A DNA stretch of 64,000 nucleotides from Gammaproteobacteria bacterium (GTDB lineage Bacteria; Pseudomonadota; Gammaproteobacteria; 21-64-14): assembly GCA_027013145.1 (NCBI GenBank), contig JALUXX010000060.1, forward strand, positions 38,499 through 102,498, in the 5' to 3' direction. Of this stretch, positions 9,579-20,519 are shown piece after piece (the first letter of the stretch is position 1; every line of letters starts with the position of its first letter). A model generated the notes under the pieces. The model was given only the letters and a program-made list of their open reading frames with translations. It was not told the origin of the DNA and ran no database searches. Both the position numbers and the translations under genes were made by a program.

Positions 9579-10997
9579 TCAGCGCTGGCGGAAGAACCGC
9601 ATGAACTCCACACCCTCCCGAAGGCGGCGGCGCATCATCTGGGGGCTGCGCAACATCTCGCCGGTCATCTCGGCGATCTTTCCCGCCCGGAAGTAGAACC
9701 GTTTGTAGAAGGTCTCCACGGAGTCGAAGATCTCGGTGTGGTTGAGGTGCGGATAGCTCAGCGGGCTGAGTTGGACGCCGCGCTCGTTGACCAGATGTTC
9801 CTGATCCTCCTCGTGCAGCCATCCGTTCTCGATCGCCTGCTTGTACAAGAACGTCCCCGGGTAGGGCGCGGCGAGCGAGACCTGGATCGTGTGCGGGTTG
9901 ATCTCCTGGGCGTAACGGATGGTCTCCTCGATCGTCTCGCGCGTCTCACCCGGCAGGCCGAGGATGAAGGTGCCGTGGATGACGATCCCGAGCCGACGGC
10001 AGTCGCGCGTAAAGCGCCGCGCGATGTCCAGGCGCAGCCCCTTCTTGATGTTGTTGAGGATCTGCTGGTTGCCGGATTCGTAGCCGACGAGGAGCAGGCG
10101 CAGGCCGTTGTCCTTCAGGACCTTGAGGGTCTCGTAGGGCACGTTGGCCTTGGCGTTGCAGGACCAGGTGATCCCCAGCTTTCCGAGCTCGCGCGCGATC
10201 GCCTCGGCGCGGACGGTGTCGTCGGTGAAGGTGTCGTCGTCGAAGAAGACCTCTTCGACCTGGGAGAAGTAGCGCTGGATCAGCTTCACTTCCTCGACGA
10301 CATGGGCCGGACTGCGGGTGCGGTAGCGGTGCCCGCCCACGGTCTGCGGCCAGAGGCAGAAGGTGCAATGGGACTTGCATCCGCGTCCGGTGTAGAACGA
10401 CACGTAGGGGTGCTTGAGATAACCGATGAAATAGTCCTCGACCCGCAGGTCGCGCTTGTAGACCTCCGTGACGAACGGCAGCTCGTCCATGTTCTCGAGG
10501 ATCGCGCGGTCCGGGTTGTGGACTACCGTGCCGCGGGCGTCCTTATAGGTGAGGCCGTCGACTTCGCTGAGGGGCCGCCCTTCGGCGACTTCCTTGATGG
10601 TGAAATCGAACTCCTCGCGGCCGACGAAGTCGATCGCCGGCGACGCCTGGACCGATCCGGCCGGATCGACGGCCACTTTGGCGCCGACCAGCCCGATGAG
10701 CAGGTTCGGGTTGGACTGCTTGAGCGCCTCGGCCACCTTGACGTCGGAGGCGAACGAGGGCGAGCTGGTGTGGAGGATGGCGAGTTCGTGCTCGCGCGCC
10801 AGCGGCAGCACCTCGTCGAGGCCGAGCCCGGCGGCCGGTGCATCGACCAGCTTGCTCCCTGGGATCAGGGCGGCGGGCTGCGCCAGCCAGGTCGGGTACC
10901 AGAACGAGCGGACCTCGCGCTTGGCCTGGTAACGGGAGCCGGCCCCGCCGTCGAAACCGTCGAAGGACGGCGGGTGCAGGAAGAGGGTCTTCATCAT
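9579..10997 (-). CDS. hpnJ: Hopanoid radical SAM protein
   Basis: MKTLFLHPPSFDGFDGGAGSRYQA N-terminus; GRGCKSHCTFCLWPQT CxxxCxxC motif. Confidence 0.96.
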   Translation of the reverse strand: MMKTLFLHPPSFDGFDGGAGSRYQAKREVRSFWYPTWLAQPAALIPGSKLVDAPAAGLGLDEVLPLAREHELAILHTSSPSFASDVKVAEALKQSNPNLLIGLVGAKVAVDPAGSVQASPAIDFVGREEFDFTIKEVAEGRPLSEVDGLTYKDARGTVVHNPDRAILENMDELPFVTEVYKRDLRVEDYFIGYLKHPYVSFYTGRGCKSHCTFCLWPQTVGGHRYRTRSPAHVVEEVKLIQRYFSQVEEVFFDDDTFTDDTVRAEAIARELGKLGITWSCNAKANVPYETLKVLKDNGLRLLLVGYESGNQQILNNIKKGLRLDIARRFTRDCRRLGIVIHGTFILGLPGETRETIEETIRYAQEINPHTIQVSLAAPYPGTFLYKQAIENGWLHEEDQEHLVNERGVQLSPLSYPHLNHTEIFDSVETFYKRFYFRAGKIAEMTGEMLRSPQMMRRRLREGVEFMRFFRQR

Positions 10998-12151
10998 TGG
11001 ACGGACTCCTTGTTGGCCCGCATGCGCCCGTCGGAGGCGACCGCGAAGTCGCTGCGCCGCCACCGCACGTTGCGCCCGAGGAAGCTGGCGGCCCACACCG
11101 CGAAGGACAGAAGGTCCCGCAAGGGCACGAGCAACACATCGCCCCGGGCCCCCGGGCCCAGGCTCGCACCAGCCGCGTAATGTAGCATAAGGCGCCCGCC
11201 GAGGGCCAGGAGCGGGAGGACGAGCGACCACGGGGCGGCGCCGGCCAGGGCGACGCCGAACAGCGACACCGGAAGCGCCTGGGTGATCACCGAGAAGGCG
11301 TGCCCCCAGGGGCGCAGCGCCCGGATCGTACGCGACCAGCGCAGTTCATGATGGAAGAGGCTCGTGCCGTCGGGTTCGTGCGTCACGGTCTCGACGAGGT
11401 AGGGCGAGAGGACGGTGCGCAGGCCGCGGCGGCGGGTCAGCTCCCCGAGCATGTAGTCGTCGGCCAGATGCTCGGCGAGGGCGCCGAAGCCGCCGACCCG
11501 CTCGAGGCTCTCGCGGCGCACCGCGAGCGTGGATCCGAACCCGAAGGCCTCCGAGCCCAGGGCCCGGGCCACCAGGACGGAGGGCAGAAAGGACTCGTTG
11601 ACCGCCATCGCCCCGAGCCGCGACCACAGCGAACGGTCCGGGCGCGCGCGGTACGGACACGTGACCAGACCCACACCGGGATCGAGCAGTGGGCCCACGA
11701 TCGCCCGCAGGTAATCCGGCCCGACCCGGATGTCGCTGTCGGCGATGACGACGAGGTCGTGTTTCGCCTGCGGCAGCATATTGGCGAGGTTGCTGACCTT
11801 GCGGTTGCTGCCGATCAGTCGCCGGTCGACCACCACCCGGATGTCGAGGTGCGGCCACTCGTGCTGCAGGCGCCGGACGGCGGCGAGCGCGGGATCGTCG
11901 GGGTCCTGTACCCCGAAGACGATCTGGAAGGTCGGATACTCCTGTTCGCAGAAGCTTCTCAGGTTCTCGTAGAGTTCGGGCTCCGATCCGCACAGCGGTT
12001 TGAGGATCGTGACCGGGGGGCGGACGGCGGCCGCCGGGACCGCGCGGCGCGCCCAGCGGCGCAACTGGACGATCGCGCCGGCGAGGTAGACGAGCGACGC
12101 CGCGCTCGCGCCGACGCCGATCGCTGCGGTCACGAAGGCCGCGTCAACCAC
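10994..12151 (-). CDS. hpnI: Bacteriohopanetetrol glucosamine glycosyltransferase
   Basis: VTILKPLCG, NRKVSNL, IADSDIRV, LADDY and RWSRTIR (GT2, ceramide glucosyltransferase-like). Confidence 0.93.
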   Translation of the reverse strand: MVDAAFVTAAIGVGASAASLVYLAGAIVQLRRWARRAVPAAAVRPPVTILKPLCGSEPELYENLRSFCEQEYPTFQIVFGVQDPDDPALAAVRRLQHEWPHLDIRVVVDRRLIGSNRKVSNLANMLPQAKHDLVVIADSDIRVGPDYLRAIVGPLLDPGVGLVTCPYRARPDRSLWSRLGAMAVNESFLPSVLVARALGSEAFGFGSTLAVRRESLERVGGFGALAEHLADDYMLGELTRRRGLRTVLSPYLVETVTHEPDGTSLFHHELRWSRTIRALRPWGHAFSVITQALPVSLFGVALAGAAPWSLVLPLLALGGRLMLHYAAGASLGPGARGDVLLVPLRDLLSFAVWAASFLGRNVRWRRSDFAVASDGRMRANKESVQ

Positions 12152-13175
12152 CGGCGGAACCCGAGGATCGCGCCGTCGTGTCGCGCTCGAGGTAGCCGTG
12201 TTCGCGGAACCACCGCAGGGCGTCCCGCAGGGCGTCCTGGGCGGGACGGGGTTCGTAGCCGAGTTCCCGGCGCGCCTTTTCCGAGGAGAAGAACATCCAC
12301 TTCTTCGACATGCGCAATTCGTCGACCGTCACCAGCGGCCGGCCGCGCCCGCGCACGCGGACCCAGCCTTCCGCGGCGCGGGCGATTGGATACAGCGCCG
12401 CGTGCGGCAGGCGGATGCGCGGCGGCGCATGGCCCGACAGCGCGGCGATGCGGCTGAAGATCTCCTTCAGCGAGAGGTTCTCCCCGCCGAGCACGTAGCG
12501 CTCGCCCGGGCGCCCCCGTTGGAAAGCCAGCCAGTGGCCCTCGGCGACGTCGTCCACATGCACGATGTTCAGTCCCGTGTCCACGTAGGCCGGCGTACGC
12601 CCGCGGGCGGCGTCCAGAATCATGCGCCCCGTAGGCGTGGGCTTCACGTCGCGCGGCCCGACCGGAGTGGAAGGGTTGACGATCACCGCCGGCAGTCCTT
12701 CCTCGCGCACCAGTGTGCGCACCGCCTGTTCGGCGAGGAACTTGGATCGCTTGTAATGGCCGATCATCTCCTCCAGGCTGACCGGGGTGTCCTCGTCCGC
12801 CGGACGCCGGTCGGGATGCAGGCCCAGGGTGGCCACGCTGCTCGTGTAGACGATCCGTTCGACGCCGACGTCGAGTGCCGCACGCATCAGCGCCGCGGTT
12901 CCGTCCACGTTCACCGCGTACATGGGCCGCGGATCCGGTACCCAGAGACGGTAGTCGGCGGCCACGTGAAACAGCGCGCGGCAGCCCGTGAGCGCCGAAC
13001 GCAGGCTTGCGGGGTCGGCGAGGTCCCCGGTGACGGGTGTGACCGCGAGCCCTTCGAGATTCCGGCGGTCGCTGCCGGGCCTGACCAGCACCCGCACGTC
13101 GTGGCCGGCGGCGAGCAGCCGGCGCAGCACGGCGGAGCCGACGAAGCCCGAGGCCCCGGTCAGCAGCGTCGTCAT
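12144..13175 (-). CDS. hpnA: Hopanoid-associated NAD-dependent epimerase/dehydratase
   Basis: TGASGFVG, FHVAADYRLW, YKRSK and PRDVKPTPTG motifs. Confidence 0.93.
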   Translation of the reverse strand: MTTLLTGASGFVGSAVLRRLLAAGHDVRVLVRPGSDRRNLEGLAVTPVTGDLADPASLRSALTGCRALFHVAADYRLWVPDPRPMYAVNVDGTAALMRAALDVGVERIVYTSSVATLGLHPDRRPADEDTPVSLEEMIGHYKRSKFLAEQAVRTLVREEGLPAVIVNPSTPVGPRDVKPTPTGRMILDAARGRTPAYVDTGLNIVHVDDVAEGHWLAFQRGRPGERYVLGGENLSLKEIFSRIAALSGHAPPRIRLPHAALYPIARAAEGWVRVRGRGRPLVTVDELRMSKKWMFFSSEKARRELGYEPRPAQDALRDALRWFREHGYLERDTTARSSGSAGG

Positions 13176-13425
13176 CGGTCCCTCCGCAGCGTGGTCCCGG
13201 CGGGGTCGGTCGGTCGGCGGAAGGTCCGGTTGCGATGGATCATGGGCGCGGCGGCCAAAGGGGGCGAAGCGGCCATTGTAGAGCGAGCGGGCGCGACTGT
13301 CCCGGCCCGGGGCGCCTGTCCGTCGACCGGAAATCGGCTATCATGGGCCCCGGCGCGCGCGGGCGGCGGGCTCCTTCCCCGCAGCGTATATAAGGTTATC
13401 CGACCCGAGGGGTTTGCGGAAGGCG

Positions 13426-14661
13426 ATGAGCGCGAATGCGGCGGGAGTGAAACGCCGGTCCACGGTGGCCGTACGGGTGGGCGGCGTGACCATCGGGGGT
13501 GGCGCCCCGATTGCGGTCCAGTCCATGACCAATACGGATACGGCCGATGTCGCGGGCACCGTCGAGCAGGTGGCTGCACTGGCGCGTGCCGGCTCCGAGC
13601 TGGTTCGCGTCACGGTCAATACGGTGGAGGCCGCGGCGGCGGTTCCGCGCATCCGGGACGAACTCGACGCGCGGGGGATCTCCGTCCCGCTGATCGGGGA
13701 CTTCCACTTCAACGGGCACAAACTCCTTGCGGGCGATCCGGGCTGCGCCGAGGCGTTGGCCAAGTACCGCATCAACCCCGGCAACGTCGGGCGCGGGAGC
13801 AAACGGGACGCGCAGTTCGCGCAGATGATCGAGCTGGCCTGCCGTTACGGGCGCCCCGTGCGTATCGGCGTGAACTGGGGCAGCCTGGACCCGGCGTTGG
13901 CCGCGCGCATGATGGACGAGAATGCGCGCCGCGCCGAACCGCTCGAGGCAGTCGAGGTGCTGCGCGAGGCGATGGTGGTATCGGCCCTGGAAAATGCCGC
14001 GCGCGCCCGGGAACTGGGGCTGGGTGCGGACCGGATCGTGCTCTCGTGCAAGATGAGCGGGGTGCAGGATCTGATCGCCGTGTACCGGGCCCTCGCGGCG
14101 CGCTGCGACTACCCGCTGCACCTGGGGCTGACCGAGGCGGGGATGGGGAGCAAGGGGATCGTCGCCTCGACGGCGGCGCTGGCGGTCCTGCTTCAGGAGG
14201 GGATCGGCGATACGATCCGCATTTCCCTGACGCCGGAACCGGGCGGCGACCGCACGCGTGAGGTCGTGGTGGCCCAGGAGATCCTGCAGACCATGGGACT
14301 GCGGGCGTTCGCCCCGATGGTCGTCGCCTGCCCCGGCTGCGGGCGTACGACCAGCACCTACTTTCAGGAACTCGCGCAGAAGATCCAGCACTACCTGCGC
14401 GAGCAGATGCCGGAGTGGCGCAGCCGCTACGCCGGGGTCGAGTCCATGAGCGTGGCGGTGATGGGGTGCGTGGTGAACGGTCCGGGGGAGAGCAAGCATG
14501 CCAATATCGGCATCAGCCTCCCCGGCACCGGTGAAAACCCCGTCGCGCCGGTCTACATCGACGGGGAGAAGGACGTGACGCTGAAAGGCGAGCGCATCGC
14601 CGAGGAGTTCCAGCAGATCGTCGAGCGCTACGTGCGCGAACACTACGGCGCCGGCGCGTAG
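13426..14661 (+). CDS. ispG: HMBPP synthase (MEP pathway)
   Basis: [32 protein letters not shown] and [10 protein letters not shown] motifs. Confidence 0.97.
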   Translation: MSANAAGVKRRSTVAVRVGGVTIGGGAPIAVQSMTNTDTADVAGTVEQVAALARAGSELVRVTVNTVEAAAAVPRIRDELDARGISVPLIGDFHFNGHKLLAGDPGCAEALAKYRINPGNVGRGSKRDAQFAQMIELACRYGRPVRIGVNWGSLDPALAARMMDENARRAEPLEAVEVLREAMVVSALENAARARELGLGADRIVLSCKMSGVQDLIAVYRALAARCDYPLHLGLTEAGMGSKGIVASTAALAVLLQEGIGDTIRISLTPEPGGDRTREVVVAQEILQTMGLRAFAPMVVACPGCGRTTSTYFQELAQKIQHYLREQMPEWRSRYAGVESMSVAVMGCVVNGPGESKHANIGISLPGTGENPVAPVYIDGEKDVTLKGERIAEEFQQIVERYVREHYGAGA

Positions 14662-14992
14662 GGCGGGGCGTGCCCCGCCGACGCGGTCTGATCCCGACCG
14701 CATCGTTCCATTCGCGTCGTCGGCCGGGCAAGCCCGGCCCTACGGCCGGTTCGGAAGGGCCCCCTCGGGCGGGCCTTGGTCCGCCGGCGAGGTTTGATCC
14801 CGACCGCATCGTTCCATTCGCGTCCCCGGCCGGGCAAGCCCGGCCCTACCCCGGTTCGGGCGGGCACCCGTGCCCCGCCGATGACATTTGATCTCAACCG
14901 CATGGTCGGATTCGCGTCGTCGGCCGGGCAGGCCCGCCCCTACGGCATCCGATGTCGCGGGGGGCGCCTGTAGGGCGGGCCTTGGCCCGCCG
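14658..14992. repeat. Cluster of GTAG-type REP doublets (REPIN-like): three tandem units plus a solo REP
   Basis: GTAGGGCGGGGCGTGCCCCGCCG (14658) and GTAGGGCGGGCCTTGGCCCGCCG (14970). Inverted CGGCCGGGCAAGCCCGGCCCTAC at 14721 and 14827, variant at 14921. Internal TGATCCCGACCGCATCGTTCCATTCGCGTC is duplicated. Lies between convergent genes. Confidence 0.85.
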
Positions 14993-15052
14993 ACAACGCC
15001 GGGCGTAACGCCCCGGCTTCTGCGAACCGCGGGATCCCACCCACAATACGCG

Positions 15053-15835
15053 TCAATGCGCTCCGGAACCGGCGGGTTTCGGCTTCGCGCGCTTTGCGGG
15101 CGCCGGGGCCGGGGCCAGCCCTCCGGGGCCGAAGTCGTTGAACAGTTGCACCGGCGGATGCCCGTTGTAGATCAGGAAGCGGCGGTGCTGCAGGTAGGCC
15201 TCACGCATGAAGACGTAGGGATCCAGGGCCTGGCGGACCATTTCGATCTGGGCTGCGGCATTGGCGCGCTTGTTGATCAGCGCGACGGCGCCCAGTGGCA
15301 TCGTGATCTTGGCGGTGTTGACGTAGAAAAACGGGTTGGTCAGCGCGCTGGCGACGAGGTTGGGGAGGTTGCGCAGCGTGTCGGGCCCGATGAACGGCAG
15401 CACCAGATACGGTCCCTGTCCCACGCCCCAGACCGCGAGCGTCTGCCCCAGGTCCTTGTCGTGGCGCGGCAGACCGAAGCGCGTGGCCGGGTCGAACAAC
15501 CCCCCGACCCCGACTACGATGTTGACCACAAAACGGCCGGTATCCTGGAAGCCCTCCCGGAACCGGCCCTCCAGGAATTGATTGAGTATCGTATTGGGGT
15601 ATTCGACGTTATCGAAGAAGTTGGTGACCGAGGCGCGCACCAGTTTGGGCGTGAACCGCACATAGGTCCTCGCGACCGGCTGCAAAATCCAGCGATCGAG
15701 GTGATCGTTGAATACGAACATCTTGCGGTTGAACGGTTCGAGCGGGTCGCCGCGATCATGGTAGGCGGTCGACGCGCAGCCGCCGACGAGCGCCAGCAGC
15801 GGAAGCAGCAGGAGCAGGGCGGACAGGGCCCGCAC
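15053..15835 (-). CDS. mlaA: MlaA/VacJ family lipoprotein
   Basis: Lipobox VGGC; DPLEPFNR and DLGQTLAVWGVGQGPYLVLPFIGP motifs. Confidence 0.9.
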   Translation of the reverse strand: MRALSALLLLLPLLALVGGCASTAYHDRGDPLEPFNRKMFVFNDHLDRWILQPVARTYVRFTPKLVRASVTNFFDNVEYPNTILNQFLEGRFREGFQDTGRFVVNIVVGVGGLFDPATRFGLPRHDKDLGQTLAVWGVGQGPYLVLPFIGPDTLRNLPNLVASALTNPFFYVNTAKITMPLGAVALINKRANAAAQIEMVRQALDPYVFMREAYLQHRRFLIYNGHPPVQLFNDFGPGGLAPAPAPAKRAKPKPAGSGAH

Positions 15836-15854
15836 ACGCCGGTATCGCGGCGAT

Positions 15855-16514
15855 TCAGGACGCAGCGGCCGCATTCGCGCCCTTGCGGGAATATTCGGCG
15901 ATCTTGTCCTTGAGTTTCGCCACAAGTGCCTTGAATCCGTGGCTGCGGATCACGCTGGTGTATTCCGCGCGTTTCAGGGCGAGGTCGCTCACCCCGTTGG
16001 CGATGATGTTGATGATGCGCCAGTGTCCGTCGATCCTGCGCAGTTGATAATCGAACTGGACCTTGCTCCCGTCGGGGCTGCGGAGCTGGGATTCGACCAA
16101 GACGTCGCCGCCCCCGAGCTTGCGCTCGGTGGGTTTCGTGAAGGTCTCGCCGCCGTAGGCGTCGAATCGCGCGGCGTAGGTGGCGATGCTCAGGCGCGTG
16201 AAGGTCTTGACGAATTCCGAGCGCTGGGTCGCCGTGAGCCGGCCCCAGTACTGTCCGAGGGCGATCTGCGCGATGATCGGCAGGTCGTGCGTCGCGGTCA
16301 CCACGGGTGCGAGTTGGGCGTAGCGCCCGCGGTAGCCGAGGGTCTTGGCCTTCTTCATCACGGCGATCAGAGTGTCCTGAAATCGGGTGATGACGCCGAC
16401 CGGCCCCGCAACGACGTGGTTGCCGGTCGCGGTGACGGCATCGGCGGCGAGGACGGGGGTCGCGAGGAACCCGGGAGCGATCAGGATCAGAATCAACAGC
16501 GTTCGTTGCAGCAT
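15855..16514 (-). CDS. hpnM: HpnM / MlaC(Ttg2D)-family periplasmic hopanoid-binding protein
   Basis: Signal peptide; WRIINIIANGVSDLALKRAEY motif; hpn context. Confidence 0.85.
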   Translation of the reverse strand: MLQRTLLILILIAPGFLATPVLAADAVTATGNHVVAGPVGVITRFQDTLIAVMKKAKTLGYRGRYAQLAPVVTATHDLPIIAQIALGQYWGRLTATQRSEFVKTFTRLSIATYAARFDAYGGETFTKPTERKLGGGDVLVESQLRSPDGSKVQFDYQLRRIDGHWRIINIIANGVSDLALKRAEYTSVIRSHGFKALVAKLKDKIAEYSRKGANAAAAS

Positions 16515-16590
16515 ATCGGGTCCCGCACAGGTGCAAGTGGAGTCCTAGTATAAGCAACGCCGTCCGTGGATGGAAAACCGGCGGCGGCGA

Positions 16591-17742
16591 TCAGCGGCGG
16601 GTGTGCGGGCCGCCGCCGGCGGGCACCCGGAGATAGGTCCGGTCCTTCCACCGCGAGCGATCGCCGCGCCAGTAGCGCAGTGCCGAGGTCCAAGTCATCG
16701 CCAGATACAACACGCCGACGACGGGCAGCGCCAAACCCCACAGCGGGGAACGCCCGTAGAAGCGCAGCGTCGGGAGATAGCTCAGCCACATCCCGAGGAT
16801 GGCGGCGGCCGCCAACGCGCGCGCGCTTCCCGCGGACGCGGCGAGCGCAGCCGGCGGGACTGCGAAGGCCAGGATCAGGGCGGCCGAGCACAGCAGCAGC
16901 AGGACGGTCGAATAGCGCAACTGCGTGAACGCGGTTCGTGCGACCATGTTCCAGATGGTGCGGAAGTCGTGTTCCCGCACCATGCGCGCGGCGTGGGTGA
17001 GACCGATCCAGGTGCGCCCGCCGTGGGACTTGATCGCGGCGGCCAGGGCGCAGTCGTCGATGATGCGCCCGCGAATCGTCGCGAACCCGCCGATGCGTTG
17101 CAGCCACGCCGTCTCCAGCAGGACGCAGCCGCCGGCGGCCGCGGCGACGAACCGCGACGGGGAATTGGCGAGGCGGAAAGGGTAGAGGAGTTTGAAGAAG
17201 TAGATGAACGCGGGCATCAGGAGCCTTTCCCAGAGACCCTGCAGCCCGGGCGCGGCCATCAGCGATACCATCTGCAGCCCGTCCGCCCGCAGGCGGTTGC
17301 GCAGGGCGCCGAGCGTGCCGGGCGCCAGGGCGATGTCCGCGTCGAGCAGCAGCACGAGGGGCGTGTCGACCCCGCGACGACCCTGCTCCAGCGCCCAGAG
17401 TTTCCCGGTCCAGCCCGGCGGCAGCGGGGCCCCGTGCAGGACGGTCAGGTTCGGCAGGCCGCTTGCGCGCGCGGCCGCAGCGGTGCCGTCGGTCGAATCG
17501 TCGTCGATGACGACGGTGCGCAGACCGCTCCCCTGGCCGGACAGCCCCGCCAGGGTCCGGCCGATGGTCGCCGCCTCGTTGCGCGCGGGAATCAGGACCG
17601 TGATGTCGTCGAGGCTGCACCCAGCGACCTCTTCCGGGTCGAGGCGCTCGCGCGTGCCCCAGGGAAGCCAGGGGAGCGCCAGCAGCAGCCACCAAAGGGA
17701 GGCGGCGGCCGCGGCGGCGACCGTCCACAGGGAGGCGGTCAC
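16591..17742 (-). CDS. hpnB: Hopene-associated glycosyltransferase
   Basis: LIPARNEA, GWTGKLWAL, DAD, IIDDCALA and IWNMVARTAFTQL motifs. Confidence 0.9.
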   Translation of the reverse strand: MTASLWTVAAAAAASLWWLLLALPWLPWGTRERLDPEEVAGCSLDDITVLIPARNEAATIGRTLAGLSGQGSGLRTVVIDDDSTDGTAAAARASGLPNLTVLHGAPLPPGWTGKLWALEQGRRGVDTPLVLLLDADIALAPGTLGALRNRLRADGLQMVSLMAAPGLQGLWERLLMPAFIYFFKLLYPFRLANSPSRFVAAAAGGCVLLETAWLQRIGGFATIRGRIIDDCALAAAIKSHGGRTWIGLTHAARMVREHDFRTIWNMVARTAFTQLRYSTVLLLLCSAALILAFAVPPAALAASAGSARALAAAAILGMWLSYLPTLRFYGRSPLWGLALPVVGVLYLAMTWTSALRYWRGDRSRWKDRTYLRVPAGGGPHTRR

Positions 17743-17776
17743 GGGGCGGGATCTGCGGCGGGTGGGCCGGGCGGCC

Positions 17777-18898
17777 TCAGCCGGCGCCTTCGCGCTTGGC
17801 CAGATCGCCGACCTCGACCCGGTGCGCGGCATCCGGACCGGACACGTAGCGGGTCGGAAGCTCCGGCGCCATGGGACCCTCGGTACGCGGGCCGCGGAGG
17901 AACACCTTGAGCGCCTTCAGGGGATGGGCGACGGTGTCGTCGACCGCCGTCCCTTCGTAGCCGCAGTGAGCCATGCAGTTGTCGCACTTGCGATTGCGCC
18001 CGGTGCCGAAACCGTCCCAGTCGGTCTCCTCCATGAGGGCGCGGAAGCTCGGCGCGTAACCCTCGTCCACCAGCAGGTAGCAGGGGCGCTGCCAGCCGAA
18101 CACGTTGCGCGTCGGGTTGCTCCACGGGGTGCACTGGTAGGTCTGATTCCCGGCGAGGAAATCCAGGAACAGACTCGACTGGTTGAAGCGCCACTTGCGC
18201 CGGCGCTCGCGCCCGATCCGGAATATGTTGCGGAACAGCTCCTTGCTCTGCGTACGCTTGAGAAACACGTCCTTGCGCGGGGCGTGCTCGTAGCTGTAGC
18301 CGGGGGAGATGGTGATGCCCTCGACCCCGAGATTGGTCACGAAATCGAAGAAATCGGCGACCTCGACCGGGTCCTCCCCCTGGAACAGCGTGCAGTTGAC
18401 CGTCACCCGGAAGCCGCGATCGCGCGCCAGGCGTATGGCCTCCACCGCCTTGTCGAACACCCCGCTGCGACAGACCGAGGCGTCGTGGCGCTCGCGGTTT
18501 CCGTCCAGGTGTACGGAGAAGGTGAAGTAGGGCGACGGCGAGTAGTCGCCGATGCGCTTGGTGAGCAGCAGGGCGTTGGTGCACAGGTAGACGAACTTCT
18601 TGCGTGCCACCAGCGCGGCGACGATCTGCGGCATCTCCTTGTGGATCAGCGGCTCACCGCCGGGTATCGACACGATCGGCGCCCCGCACTCGTCCACGGC
18701 CGCAATGCACTCCTCGAGGCTCAGGCGTCGGTTCAGTATCTCCTCAGGGTAGTCGATCTTGCCGCACCCCGCGCACTCGAGATTGCAGCGGAACAGCGGC
18801 TCGAGCATCAGTACCAGCGGATAGCGCCGGCGCCCGCTCAACTTCTGGCGCAGGATGTAGGAACCGACGCGGATCTGCTGGTGCAGCGGTACGCTCAT
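17777..18898 (-). CDS. hpnH: Adenosylhopane-forming radical SAM enzyme
   Basis: [27 protein letters not shown] and [11 protein letters not shown] motifs; ATGA overlap with the ispH stop. Confidence 0.96.
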   Translation of the reverse strand: MSVPLHQQIRVGSYILRQKLSGRRRYPLVLMLEPLFRCNLECAGCGKIDYPEEILNRRLSLEECIAAVDECGAPIVSIPGGEPLIHKEMPQIVAALVARKKFVYLCTNALLLTKRIGDYSPSPYFTFSVHLDGNRERHDASVCRSGVFDKAVEAIRLARDRGFRVTVNCTLFQGEDPVEVADFFDFVTNLGVEGITISPGYSYEHAPRKDVFLKRTQSKELFRNIFRIGRERRRKWRFNQSSLFLDFLAGNQTYQCTPWSNPTRNVFGWQRPCYLLVDEGYAPSFRALMEETDWDGFGTGRNRKCDNCMAHCGYEGTAVDDTVAHPLKALKVFLRGPRTEGPMAPELPTRYVSGPDAAHRVEVGDLAKREGAG

Positions 18899-19878
18899 GA
18901 GCGACTCCTGGCGGGCTGGCGATCCTTCCCGGATGTGCGGGCGGTCTGCGCGGCCTTTTTGAGCAGGGCCGCGGGGAGGCGGAACGTGGTGGTCTCCCGC
19001 GCCGAATCCATCTCCCGGACCTGATCGACCCCGTAGCTGCGCAGGCGCTCGAGCACGGCCTGCACCAGGACTTCGGGAGCGGAGGCCCCGGCGGTGAGCC
19101 CGACGCGGATGCCGGGGGTGAACCAGGCCGCTTCCAGTTCCGCCGCATCCTGAACCAGGTGCGCGCGCACGCCCGCCTGCTCGCCGACCTCGCGCAGCCG
19201 GTTCGAGTTGGAACTGTTGCGTGCCCCCACGACCAGCAGCAGGTCGACCTCGGCGGCGAGGCTCCGCACGGCGTTCTGGCGGTTCTGCGTGGCATAGCAG
19301 ATTCCATCGAGGTCGGGGCCCTGGATGGTCGGGAAGCGCGCCTTTAGGGCGGCGATCACGTCCCGCGTGTCGTCCACGCTCAGGGTCGTCTGGGTGACGT
19401 AGGCGAGGCGCTCTGGATCCTTGACCTGCAGGCGCGGAATGTCGTCGCAGTCGGAGACGACATGTACCGGGCCGGTGACGCGTCCGCGGGTGCCCTCGAC
19501 TTCGGGGTGGCCGGGATGTCCGATGATCACCACTTCGAAGCCGCGCAGGCTGTAGCGCTGTGCCTGGAGGTGGACCTTGGTCACCAGCGGGCAGGTCGCA
19601 TCGATGACCTCGAGGCTGCGCGCGGCCGCCTGTTCCACCATCGCCGTGGCGACCCCGTGCGCGCTGAAGATCGTGACCGCCCCTTCCGGAACCTCCGCGA
19701 GATTCTCCACGAAGATCGCCCCGCGGGTGCGCAGGTCGTCGACGACGTGGTGGTTGTGCACGATCTCGTGCAGGACGTAGACGGGGGGACCGTAGACCTC
19801 GAGGGCGCGCTCCACGATCTCGATCGCACGAACGACACCGGCGCAGAAGCCCCGCGGTTGTGCCAGTATGACGTCCAT
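18895..19878 (-). CDS. ispH: HMBPP reductase (MEP pathway)
   Basis: [35 protein letters not shown] and NSSNSNRL motifs. Confidence 0.97.
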   Translation of the reverse strand: MDVILAQPRGFCAGVVRAIEIVERALEVYGPPVYVLHEIVHNHHVVDDLRTRGAIFVENLAEVPEGAVTIFSAHGVATAMVEQAAARSLEVIDATCPLVTKVHLQAQRYSLRGFEVVIIGHPGHPEVEGTRGRVTGPVHVVSDCDDIPRLQVKDPERLAYVTQTTLSVDDTRDVIAALKARFPTIQGPDLDGICYATQNRQNAVRSLAAEVDLLLVVGARNSSNSNRLREVGEQAGVRAHLVQDAAELEAAWFTPGIRVGLTAGASAPEVLVQAVLERLRSYGVDQVREMDSARETTTFRLPAALLKKAAQTARTSGKDRQPARSRS

Positions 19879-20211
19879 CACGCCCGCTCCTCGCTTCGTC
19901 TGTATGAGTTGGGAAGGGCGGAGATGCGAGCCCTTCGGCCGACCGTTCGCCTTTTGAACGACAGTGCCGCCCCAAGTTCCCGGCGCGGCCTTGGGAGGAC
20001 GCCCGGTATCCGCGCAATTAAAACATACACGCGCCACGGCCTCCAACTCGCGCGACCGGGCGAATGAACGGTCCGCCCGCCCGCGGGTCTTTGAAGAGAC
20101 CCGTGGGAAGACCTCCGGCCGGGACCCCGGGGTGCTGTGGCCGCGGTCACGTGTCCCGCGGCCGCGTCGGGTGGGGCTGTCGCCGGTGGGCGACGACGGC
20201 GGGAGCCCATG

Positions 20212-20240
20212 CTGACAAGCCGGATGGGGTGGGCTATATT
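20212..20240 (+). promoter_or_regulatory. Candidate sigma70 promoter for dxs-sqs-shc-hpnG
   Basis: CTGACA-N17-TATATT in the ispH/dxs divergent intergenic region. Confidence 0.45.
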
Positions 20241-20519
20241 CGATGACGACTTTCAAGGCCCCGGGGGTCGTCGGGTCGACGACGGACCAGCCGGGCGGGG
20301 GGGCGTAGCAGGGGGGGGGCGCCAAAAACAAGGCGGGCAGGCGGGGGTTGCGGAGTGGCCCGACGGCCGCCCCGGGAGACCGGAGGCTCCGAAGACCGGT
20401 ACCGGGAGCGCGGTCGGAGGGGTGGCGCCGGGACCTTGCGGGGCCGCAGGGTCCGTAGTTCGGTGGGAACCGGTTGCGCTTGGGCGCAGTCACAGAGTCG
20501 GAGCATCGAACAGCGACCA

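Noticed and set aside
6041-11180. Long antisense ORFs (807 aa and 817 aa, and many similar ones across the window)
   Set aside because: They mirror real high-GC genes on the opposite strand, where stops are rare, and carry no recognisable motifs.
14658-14992. Possible CRISPR array (regularly spaced repeats, also at 28401-28596)
   Set aside because: The intervening sequences are copies of each other rather than unique spacers, the repeats alternate in orientation with GTAG/CTAC ends, and no cas genes are present. This fits REP doublets.
17777-20017. 746-aa ORF suggesting a long HpnH fusion
   Set aside because: The extension is an alternate frame over ispH; the HpnH-like sequence starts at ATG 18898.
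20305-20325. Sigma54 promoter on the minus strand (TGGCG...TGC)
   Set aside because: The GG-to-GC distance is 12 nt rather than the required 10.
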